Positions 8,560-16,964 of a stretch of 60,866 nucleotides of DNA are shown one piece after another. A program made the translations under genes and the position numbers. Where the stretch lies: contig CAYUXF010000001.1 of the NCBI GenBank assembly GCA_964448755.1, positions 1-60,866 of the forward strand, read 5' to 3'. Every line of letters starts with the position of its first letter. The first letter of the stretch is position 1. This DNA comes from an uncultured bacterium. GTDB lineage: Bacteria; Margulisbacteria; Termititenacia; Termititenacales; CAYUXF01. Under the pieces are notes generated by a model, which ran no database searches, was not told where the DNA came from, and was given only the letters and a program-made list of their open reading frames with translations.

Positions 8560-8640
8560 AATATTGTTCTTAATTTGTTATGTGGAGGTTATGCTTAAAC
8601 TATTTTTCCCGTTATACTAAATAATTTGGAGGGCAGCGTT

Positions 8641-10620
8641 ATGTTATTGGCAAAAAAATTACTTAAAGGACAGGAACAGATAGAAAAGATCAGAACATAC
8701 CAAACAGCACTAAGTTACTTGGCCACTAAAGTTGATCGAGCCAATGCCAAAAAATTAAGTAAAATTAAAAATCAAGATGTCGTTATCAAAATTGCCGAAA
8801 TAGCATTGTTAACCAGACCAAAAAATATTTTTTTCAATACCGGCAGCGCCGAAGACCTCAATTACATTAAAAAATTATCATTAAAACTAGGCGAAGAAAA
8901 AAAGCTGGCCCGCGCAGGACACACTATCCACTTTGACTTGCCGGAAGATCAGGGCAGAATTGCCGGCGGCACTTATGTGCTGGCAGAAGAAGATGAAGGG
9001 GTAAGCTCTAAAGCTAAAAGACTGCCGCGACTTGAAGGAACAGCTCAGATCAATCGTGAACTTGATGGCATTATGAAAAATAAAACCATGATCGTCGGTC
9101 TTTATTTAAGAGGGCCTAAAGGAAGCCCGGTCTCTAATCCGGTTTTAAACATTACTGACTCCGCTTATGTTTACCATACGCTCAATATTCTCTACCGCAT
9201 AGATGAAGAGATCTTCAGTAATTTTGATCAATATATTAAAAATTTTAACGGCCTTTTTTATACCAATATCCACAGCAAAGGCATCGGCACCTCTGAAGCT
9301 TTTAAAACTAAAGCTGGCGTTTATCGGGACCCGGTGGCACTAACTACATATAGCGTAGAAAATACTTATGTAGGCAATTCGGGCCAGATCAAGAAAGGAA
9401 ACCATAATTTAACAATTTATTATTTTGTTAACAAACATTTTGGCGAAAAATTATCTGAGCATATGTTCATTACCGGCATCAAAGGCACAAATAATAGGAT
9501 TACCTACATAGCTGGTGCCGCACCGAGCGGTTGTGGCAAAACCACTACAGCCATGACCGGTGAACATTTTATTGGCGATGATCTGGCACAAATGTGGATC
9601 AAAAATGGCGAGATCAAAACGATCAATCCGGAACGAGGCATTTTTGCCATAGTAAAAGATGTCAATCCAACAGACGACCCGCCGGTCAACAATGTCCTGC
9701 GTAAAACGGGCAAAGAAGTTATTTATTCTAATACACTGGCAGACAAGAATGGTCTACCGCGCTGGCTTGGTGACGGGTTAGAAATGCCACAAAAAGGAAT
9801 TAACCATAATGGTGCTTGGCAGTCAGAAAACAATACCGACTTTGCTGCAGAGAATGCCCGGGCAACATTCAGTGCTACAGAATTACCTAACTATACACAG
9901 GAAGCAGAAAACGCTAACGGCGTTAAAGTAGACATTGTCACTTATGCCGGTCGCGACCCAGACACCATGCCGCCGATCCGCGTGGCTCGCAATGTCAATG
10001 AAGGCGTTGTTATTGGCGCAACTATTGTCTCTCAAAAAACCGCGCAAGTTGTTGGCGGCGATCAAACCGGCGCTAAGTGGGATCCTTTTGCCAATACTGA
10101 CTTTGTATCGTGCGAACTAAGCGCCTACCTTGATCATGTTCTGGCTTTTTTTAACAACAATAAAATAGAAGATAGACCGTTGATGGTCGGCTTAAACTAT
10201 TTTTTAACCGAAAACTCCCGCGGCAATAATTTAGATAAAGATAGGCTTCTCGGCGAAAAAAGAGATGTCCATGTCTGGCTCAGCTGGGCGGAAAGAAGAA
10301 AACATGGCGAAGTTAGCATTATAGAAAGTCCAATCGGTTTTTTGCCCGTCTATGAAGATTTAAGAAAACTATTTAAAGAAATTCTGAATAAAGATTATTC
10401 TTACGACCTCTATGAAAAACAGTTTTCTCTTTATGTAGACAATATTATTGCCCGGATCGATCTAAACATTGACAACTATACTAAGGAGAATTTAAACAGC
10501 AAAACACAGGTTCCGTATCAGCTTTTTGATGTTCTCAATAAACAGAAAGAAGAGCTTCTGGCACTTAAAAAAGAGTATGGCAATATCATTAGACCGGCAG
10601 ATTTAAGAATTAAACCATAA
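8641..10620 (+). CDS. pckG: phosphoenolpyruvate carboxykinase (GTP-type)
   Basis: PSGCGKTTTAM matches the GTP-PEPCK kinase-1a P-loop (PSACGKTN). The ATG at 8641 is preceded by GGAGGG. The N-terminal part is divergent. Confidence 0.8.
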   Translation: MLLAKKLLKGQEQIEKIRTYQTALSYLATKVDRANAKKLSKIKNQDVVIKIAEIALLTRPKNIFFNTGSAEDLNYIKKLSLKLGEEKKLARAGHTIHFDLPEDQGRIAGGTYVLAEEDEGVSSKAKRLPRLEGTAQINRELDGIMKNKTMIVGLYLRGPKGSPVSNPVLNITDSAYVYHTLNILYRIDEEIFSNFDQYIKNFNGLFYTNIHSKGIGTSEAFKTKAGVYRDPVALTTYSVENTYVGNSGQIKKGNHNLTIYYFVNKHFGEKLSEHMFITGIKGTNNRITYIAGAAPSGCGKTTTAMTGEHFIGDDLAQMWIKNGEIKTINPERGIFAIVKDVNPTDDPPVNNVLRKTGKEVIYSNTLADKNGLPRWLGDGLEMPQKGINHNGAWQSENNTDFAAENARATFSATELPNYTQEAENANGVKVDIVTYAGRDPDTMPPIRVARNVNEGVVIGATIVSQKTAQVVGGDQTGAKWDPFANTDFVSCELSAYLDHVLAFFNNNKIEDRPLMVGLNYFLTENSRGNNLDKDRLLGEKRDVHVWLSWAERRKHGEVSIIESPIGFLPVYEDLRKLFKEILNKDYSYDLYEKQFSLYVDNIIARIDLNIDNYTKENLNSKTQVPYQLFDVLNKQKEELLALKKEYGNIIRPADLRIKP

Positions 10621-10649
10621 ACAGAATTCCTGTTATAATAACGCCTGTC

Positions 10650-13235
10650 ATGCCCTCTTTTGACAAGATCACTTCCGGACTAACCGGCCTAGACGTTTTA
10701 CTGCAAAGTATTCGTTTAGGTGATAATGTCGTCTGGCAAGTTGATAAACTCAGTGACTACCTCCATTTTGTAAAACCCTTCGTCAAAGAATCTTTAAAAA
10801 AGAATAGCCGCATCATATATATTCGTTTTGCTAAACACAAACAACTCTTAGAAAAACAAAAGGGTTTAAAGATTTACGATCTAAGCAGTCATAAAACATT
10901 TGAATCATTTACTACTACCTTACACAAAATCATCAGCAAGGAAGGTAAAGAAGTTTTTTATGTTTTTGACTGTCTCTCTGATCTTCACCATATCTGGGCT
11001 ACCGACCTAATGATCGGCAACTTCTTTATGGTCACTTGTCCATACTTATATGAACTAGACACTGTTGCCTATTTTGCAATTTACCGCAAAAAACACGCTG
11101 CCAAAACGATCGCCAGAATACGCGAAACAACACAACTGCTCTTAGATGTATACAGTATTAAAGATTCTCTTTATCTTCACCCGTTAAAAGTCAGCAACAG
11201 ATACTCGCCCAGTATGTTCTTGCCTCATTTGGCCAAAGGAAATAATTTCACACCTATTATCAATAGTGCTGAGTCGGCAAGAGTACTTTCCCATATTTAC
11301 AGGCAAGGACTTGACTCTGCCGGCACCAAAATAGATTTTTGGGATAAACTGTATCTGGAAGCCAAAAAACTTTCATTAAATAAAGGAAAAGAACCTGAAA
11401 AGAAAAAAATGTTTATCCGCTTAAGCGAGTTAATACTAGGCCGTGAGACAAAAATGCTAAAGCTGATCTATCAGCATTTTTCGTTGACCGATCTCGTTGA
11501 AATTATGGAGCGTTTAATCGGCTCCGGCTATGTTGGCGGGAAAACTATCGGCATGTTGTTGGCCAGAAAAATTTTATCTAATGAACTTGGCGATGCCTGG
11601 CATAACATTATGGAAGAACACGATTCTTTCTATATAGGTTCCGATGTTTTTTATACTTATCTTATCCAGAACGGCTGGTGGAAATTATGGTTAAACCATA
11701 AAAAATTCAACCGCTACGATGAAATTGCCAAAACGCTCCAAGAAAAAATGCTAAAAGGGCGCTTCCCTGAAGAAATCAGAGAAAAATTTCAAGAAATTAT
11801 CGAATATTTTGGCCAATCACCAATAATTATCCGCTCCAGCAGTTTGTTAGAAGACAGCTTTGGCAATGCCTTTGCCGGTAAATATGAAAGCGTTTTTATT
11901 GTTAATCAAAATGACCCGGAGGAACGCTTGAAAAATTTTGAAGAGAGCGTCCGCCTTATTTTTGCCAGCACTATGAATGAAAATGCCCTGGCCTATAGAG
12001 AACAAAGAGGGCTTTCTGATAAAGAAGAACAAATGGCACTTTTAGTTCAGCGTGTTTCAGGCAGCCACAAACAAAAATATTTTTTTCCAGACTTGGCGGG
12101 AGTAGGAATTTCTTACAATATTTTTTTATGGAAAAAAGAACTGGACCGTCAGGCCGGTATGCTTCGTCTAGTTCTCGGTTTAGGCACTCGTGCCGTCGAC
12201 CGGGTAGAAAACGACTATCCTAGAATAGTTGCACTCGACCAGCCGCTCTTAAAAGCCCATGCCAGCAAAGAAGATACTCGCAAATATTCCCAGCATCAGG
12301 TAGATGTTTTACATAAGAAAAAAAACATCCTGACAGAGATCGGTCTTGATCAATTATTGGCAGAAAAAATAGAACTGCCGCTTGAACAGATAGCAGAAAA
12401 AGATCAAGAAGCCATAACATTCGCTAATAATAACGGCCAGACAAATAAGGATTACTGGTTACTTACTTTTGATAACTTTCTGGCAAATACAACTTTTGCG
12501 CAAATCATGCAGGAAATCCTTAAAACGCTGAAAAAAAACTATCAGTGCCCGGTAGATATAGAATTTACTGCCAATTTTATTGATAGTAGCACTTTTAAAA
12601 TAAATCTCTTACAGTGCCGGCCTTTTCAAACTAACACCCTGGGCAAAAAAATAATTCTGCCAGAAAATATCACTGATCAAAAATTATTTTTTAGATCGCT
12701 CGGTTTCTTTTTAGGCGGCAATATTGAACAAAAAATCACACAGGTAATTTTCATTGAATCATCCGCCTATAGCGAGTTAACACAATCGGACAAATATCAA
12801 GTGGCTCGCATAATTGGCACCCTAAACAAAATGCCTGATACAAAAACAACAAAAACAATGCTTATCGGCCCCGGGCGCTGGGGTTCATCCACACCCTCTC
12901 TAGGGGTGCCCGTAAATTTTGCCGAAATAAATAATTTCAAGACCATTATTGAAACAACCTACCCCATTGGGCAGCTAATGCCGGAGCTATCCATGGGTTC
13001 GCATTTCTTCCAGGATCTAATTGAAACAAATATTTATTATGCTGCTTTATATCTAGAAAAAGAGACCGTCTTTTTTAATAGAGACTGGCTCGATCAACAA
13101 ACCAATAAATTAGCAGAACTATTGCCAGAATATGCCAAATATAGCCAAACCATTAAAGTAATAGATATTAACTTAACACTGCTCTCGGATATCTTAACGC
13201 AAAAGATCATTTGTTTATTTGCAAATAATAATTAA
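10650..13235 (+). CDS. PEP/pyruvate-binding (PPDK_N ATP-grasp) domain protein with an N-terminal KaiC/RecA-like domain lacking a P-loop
   Basis: 861 aa. IIRSSSLLEDSFGNAFAGKYESV is the PPDK_N signature. The N-terminus TGLDVLLQSIRLGDNVVWQV resembles the KaiC-family lead-in, but no GxxGxGKT follows. I saw no TSHAA-type swivel-His motif. Confidence 0.75.
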   Translation: MPSFDKITSGLTGLDVLLQSIRLGDNVVWQVDKLSDYLHFVKPFVKESLKKNSRIIYIRFAKHKQLLEKQKGLKIYDLSSHKTFESFTTTLHKIISKEGKEVFYVFDCLSDLHHIWATDLMIGNFFMVTCPYLYELDTVAYFAIYRKKHAAKTIARIRETTQLLLDVYSIKDSLYLHPLKVSNRYSPSMFLPHLAKGNNFTPIINSAESARVLSHIYRQGLDSAGTKIDFWDKLYLEAKKLSLNKGKEPEKKKMFIRLSELILGRETKMLKLIYQHFSLTDLVEIMERLIGSGYVGGKTIGMLLARKILSNELGDAWHNIMEEHDSFYIGSDVFYTYLIQNGWWKLWLNHKKFNRYDEIAKTLQEKMLKGRFPEEIREKFQEIIEYFGQSPIIIRSSSLLEDSFGNAFAGKYESVFIVNQNDPEERLKNFEESVRLIFASTMNENALAYREQRGLSDKEEQMALLVQRVSGSHKQKYFFPDLAGVGISYNIFLWKKELDRQAGMLRLVLGLGTRAVDRVENDYPRIVALDQPLLKAHASKEDTRKYSQHQVDVLHKKKNILTEIGLDQLLAEKIELPLEQIAEKDQEAITFANNNGQTNKDYWLLTFDNFLANTTFAQIMQEILKTLKKNYQCPVDIEFTANFIDSSTFKINLLQCRPFQTNTLGKKIILPENITDQKLFFRSLGFFLGGNIEQKITQVIFIESSAYSELTQSDKYQVARIIGTLNKMPDTKTTKTMLIGPGRWGSSTPSLGVPVNFAEINNFKTIIETTYPIGQLMPELSMGSHFFQDLIETNIYYAALYLEKETVFFNRDWLDQQTNKLAELLPEYAKYSQTIKVIDINLTLLSDILTQKIICLFANNN

Positions 13236-13353
13236 TTCTATGCTAAAATAAAATTATTATATTACTACTGTTAATTATGAAAGGGGTGATACCTAGTTAT
13301 AATTTATAAGTGATTGTCTTTTTAAAAAATCTCAATAAATCAAGGAGCTTTAC

Positions 13354-14094
13354 ATGAAAAAAATTCTTTCGTTAATATTAATTGTCTCTTTATTAATTGG
13401 TCTATCTTTTGCCGATAATAATTCCGCAAAAGCTGTCAGAAAAGGAAAGATCAACACTTATTTTGAGATGGGCAGTCAGACCACTGCCGTAGAAAGAAAG
13501 CTAGAAAAATTCGCTGTTGTCGGGATCAAAGAAATTGGCGCAGTTTATGGCATTAACAATGACTGGGCCGTTGGCGCTTCCTGGCAGTTTTTAGATAATT
13601 TAGCGTATCCTTATGTTAAAGACGATGAAATTAGTTATGCTGGGCCGCTGACAATTATAGTTGAAAAAGCGCTTGGCAAAATGGATCTTGGCTCGCTGGA
13701 AAAAGTAGATTTCAAAGCGGTTTTTGAATATGACCTGCTCCCTTTTAAAACCAATATTTCTAAAAAAATAACCGGCACCGAAGACGCTACCTGGCAGAGC
13801 AAAGGCCTTATGGCTTCTCTTAAAGGAAGTAAAACTTTCAAGAACGGCTTTACTGCCGGTGGATCGCTTTTTGTGGCTAACAGCACACTGGAAGATGATC
13901 CAGATTACGAAACAACAGCAGATAAATCTGCCAACACCTGGGGCTACACTTTAGGCGCCGACTATAATATTACCGATGATCTTAAAGGTTATCTGACACT
14001 CGGACATTCTTTTGACAGCAGCGCTGTTAAAAAAGGCGGACTAGACAAAGATGAAAGCGGCATGTTGTTACTTGGCGTTTCAATGTTATTTTAA
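13354..14094 (+). CDS. outer-membrane beta-barrel protein (porin-like)
   Basis: 246 aa. Signal peptide, alternating beta-strand pattern, C-terminal aromatic residue (…VSMLF). AAGGAG Shine-Dalgarno. Confidence 0.6.
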   Translation: MKKILSLILIVSLLIGLSFADNNSAKAVRKGKINTYFEMGSQTTAVERKLEKFAVVGIKEIGAVYGINNDWAVGASWQFLDNLAYPYVKDDEISYAGPLTIIVEKALGKMDLGSLEKVDFKAVFEYDLLPFKTNISKKITGTEDATWQSKGLMASLKGSKTFKNGFTAGGSLFVANSTLEDDPDYETTADKSANTWGYTLGADYNITDDLKGYLTLGHSFDSSAVKKGGLDKDESGMLLLGVSMLF

Positions 14095-14116
14095 TTTTTT
14101 GTCTTATCAAAAAAAA

Positions 14117-14139
14117 GGGCGGCTTTGCCGCCCTTTTTT
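14117..14139 (+). terminator. Rho-independent terminator (bidirectional appearance)
   Basis: GGGCGGC-ttt-GCCGCCC stem followed by TTTTTT and preceded by an A-run. Confidence 0.7.
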
Positions 14140-14188
14140 ACTTATAACTTTTATGCAATAATATAGCAGTTTCCTTAAGGGGGCTGTT

Positions 14189-14527
14189 ATGTTAAAACAA
14201 AAAAAGATCAGTCTTAAATTAGTAAAACAAGGCTCTTCCCATATAAGAGTTCCAGCAGAAAATTTCGACCAATTAAACAGCTTTAGCAGCCACAAGCTTG
14301 ACAAAATTCTGATAAAGATCGAAGAAGCTTACCCTAACCTGCCAATAATGATCGATATGCGCAAAGCCGATCTTTCTATTGTAGGCAATATTTTGCGGTT
14401 AAAAAAAATTCGGCAGGAAAATTTTAACTATACCTTATTAATGAATGAATCGAGCCCGCACCGTTTTACCCTAGAATCACTCAATGCCTTAACAATGTTC
14501 AATGTAGTGTTCGCTGAAAAAGAATAA
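14189..14527 (+). CDS. small hypothetical protein, possibly STAS-like
   Basis: 112 aa. AAGGGGG Shine-Dalgarno. IDMRKADLSIVGNILRLKK loosely resembles the STAS core. Weak assignment. Confidence 0.45.
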   Translation: MLKQKKISLKLVKQGSSHIRVPAENFDQLNSFSSHKLDKILIKIEEAYPNLPIMIDMRKADLSIVGNILRLKKIRQENFNYTLLMNESSPHRFTLESLNALTMFNVVFAEKE

Positions 14528-14656
14528 CAGCCAACACTAAACAAGCTCTATATAAAAACCTTCTATTGACGAGTTAACAATACAAATATTAATTTTAATA
14601 ATTATACTCTGTTAAATATATTATAAAGAAAAAGCCAGGAACTATTTATTAAAAAT

Positions 14657-14676
14657 TATTGTATAGTATTGTATAT
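14657..14676 (+). repeat. tandem decamer TATTGTATAG/TATTGTATAT upstream of the tolC-like gene
   Basis: Two adjacent 10-nt units, 9/10 identical, each holding a TATAGT or TATATT -10-like hexamer. They lie 33 nt upstream of the ATG at 14709. Confidence 0.3.
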
Positions 14677-14708
14677 TATTAAAACAATTAGGATCTCAGG
14701 ATAACTTT

Positions 14709-16013
14709 ATGGAAAAAATAAAAAATTTATATTTTCTTTTAATACTCTTTATAATGCTGTTGCAGTTCTCTTTGGCAAGAGAGATCCTCAGCTGGCCTGA
14801 TGCAGTGCGCTTAACAAACTCCTGTAACTATACACTAAAAACCGCCCGGGAAAAAATTAATGAAGCAGAACTAAAAGAAAAGATCAGCCAAAGCAGCCGT
14901 CTACCTCAAATTGACAGCAGTGCAGGAGCACAGCGTTCCGGCAGCGCAGTCTCAGGAGCAACAGACCCCGGCCTTTTTGACAGTGAAAATATTCGCAATA
15001 GTCAGAGCCTCTCTGTTTCCGGCAAACAGCTGGTTTTTGACGCCGGAAAAACAAAATACAATATAGAGTCCGCTAAAGCCTCTCTTCAAAAAACAGAATT
15101 TGAATATTTGGTAACTGAGTCTAATGTCCGGCTAAATTTAAACAATAGTTTTTATGGCTTATTACATGCCCAGGAACTGCTCTTATTAAGCAAAGAAATT
15201 GCCCAAAGACGCCAGCAACAATATGAACTGGTTAAACTGCGCTATGAAGCGGGCTTAGAACATAAAGGCTCGCTTTTAACAGCGGCAGCAAATTTAGAAA
15301 AAGCCTTGCTCGATATCAAACAGGCGGCCAGAGCCATTGAACTCAATCAAAAAACATTAGCCAACAATATTGGCATCACACTTAATACAGAGATTATTAC
15401 GACAGGTTCTATTGCCATCAAAACAAAAACTGAAATGACACCAAATTTTTACGAGATCTTAGAAACAACACCTTTCTTAAAAGAACTCGCTGTTCAAATA
15501 GAACAAGCGCAAAATAATTTGGCAATAGCCAATGCCGCTTATTTTCCGCAGGTATATGCCAGCGGTTCATTGGGCAAAAATTTCAATCAAACTTACGATA
15601 ATGAGACAGAAACTGACAATTGGTCACTAGGACTAAATTTAAGCTATACTCTTTTTGACGGTGCTAAACGAAACGCAGAAAAAGAAACGGCACTTTCCCA
15701 ATTAAGACAAGCAGAGATCAATAAAAAAAACAGCGTCAATTCTTTACTTTTGACTATGGAAGAAAACTGGCTGAATTTATTGAACAGTCTTGACAATATT
15801 TCTCTACAAGAAAAATATTTAGCAGCAGCCTCCGCTAGATCAACAATAGCAGAAGCTCAATATTCCAGCGGTTTAATTACTTTTGATAATTGGACAATTA
15901 TTGAAGATGCGCTAGTCAGTGCGCAAAAAAACTATCTAAGCGCCCAGCGCAACGCCCTACAGGCAGAAGCCAATTGGATACAAGCAAAAGGAGGAACTCT
16001 CAATGAAATCTAA
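14709..16013 (+). CDS. TolC-family outer membrane efflux protein
   Basis: 434 aa with a signal peptide. Duplicated coiled-coil/beta repeat pattern typical of the OMF family. First gene of an efflux operon. Confidence 0.85.
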   Translation: MEKIKNLYFLLILFIMLLQFSLAREILSWPDAVRLTNSCNYTLKTAREKINEAELKEKISQSSRLPQIDSSAGAQRSGSAVSGATDPGLFDSENIRNSQSLSVSGKQLVFDAGKTKYNIESAKASLQKTEFEYLVTESNVRLNLNNSFYGLLHAQELLLLSKEIAQRRQQQYELVKLRYEAGLEHKGSLLTAAANLEKALLDIKQAARAIELNQKTLANNIGITLNTEIITTGSIAIKTKTEMTPNFYEILETTPFLKELAVQIEQAQNNLAIANAAYFPQVYASGSLGKNFNQTYDNETETDNWSLGLNLSYTLFDGAKRNAEKETALSQLRQAEINKKNSVNSLLLTMEENWLNLLNSLDNISLQEKYLAAASARSTIAEAQYSSGLITFDNWTIIEDALVSAQKNYLSAQRNALQAEANWIQAKGGTLNEI

Positions 16014-16959
16014 ATCTGTTTTAATATTATTAGCCGGCATTTTAATTATCAGCATTGCTTTTATTAATGTAAAAAATAAAAATAGTGTTACCAGTAAAAT
16101 CATTACGGAAGAGTTAAAGCCATTTAAAGGAAATATTGAAGAAGTAATTTCCACTACCGGCATAATTAAACCTAAAAACCGCTTAGAAATAATGCCGCCG
16201 ATCAGCGGCAGAATAGAAGAGATCCTGGTAAAAGAGGGGTCGCCGGTAAAAACAGGACAAATCTTAGCACTAATGAGTTCTACCGACCGAGCCGCACTAC
16301 TGGATGCCGCTATCCCGCAAGGAACAGAAAAAGTTAAATACTGGCAGGAAGTTTATAAAGCAACACCGCTGATCTCTCCAATTAACGGCAAAGTTATTGT
16401 CCGCTCGGTAGAACCGGGGCAAACAGTTAATTCTAATACAGTCGTCCTGGTCCTTTCTGATACGCTCATTATTAAAGGACAGGTAGATGAAACAGACATT
16501 GGACAGGTCCATACCGGACAAGGGGTTACCATTACATTAGACGCCTACCCCGCTATTAAAACTTCAGGTAAAGTCGGTCATATTTCTTATGAATCAACCG
16601 TTGTCAATAATGTCACTATTTACGAGGTTGATATTATCCCCAATCAAGTACCGGCAATATACCGCTCCGGCATGAGTGCTAATTTAGACATTATTAAAAA
16701 CAGCAAGAAAAATATCTTATTGCTCAACGCCGAGGCAATTCAATATCAGGGTCAGCAGGCGTTCGTTTTTGTTAAAGACAACTCCGCAGAAGGATATCAT
16801 CAGCAGGAAATAACTACCGGCTTAAGTCAAAACGGTTTAATTGAAATTGTATCCGGCCTAACGGAAGAACAAACAGTTGTTATTGTAGAAGAAGTTTCCG
16901 GCAAGAAAAAAGCCCAGGCTAAAAGCTTTATGCCGACACCAGGTAGCAGAAGACGCTAA
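16003..16959 (+). CDS. efflux periplasmic adaptor subunit (HlyD/MacA family)
   Basis: 318 aa with an N-terminal TM segment. Lipoyl-like GRIEEILVKEGSPVKTGQILA motif. Overlaps tolC by 11 nt. Confidence 0.85.
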   Translation: MKSKSVLILLAGILIISIAFINVKNKNSVTSKIITEELKPFKGNIEEVISTTGIIKPKNRLEIMPPISGRIEEILVKEGSPVKTGQILALMSSTDRAALLDAAIPQGTEKVKYWQEVYKATPLISPINGKVIVRSVEPGQTVNSNTVVLVLSDTLIIKGQVDETDIGQVHTGQGVTITLDAYPAIKTSGKVGHISYESTVVNNVTIYEVDIIPNQVPAIYRSGMSANLDIIKNSKKNILLLNAEAIQYQGQQAFVFVKDNSAEGYHQQEITTGLSQNGLIEIVSGLTEEQTVVIVEEVSGKKKAQAKSFMPTPGSRRR

Positions 16960-16964
16960 AAAAC

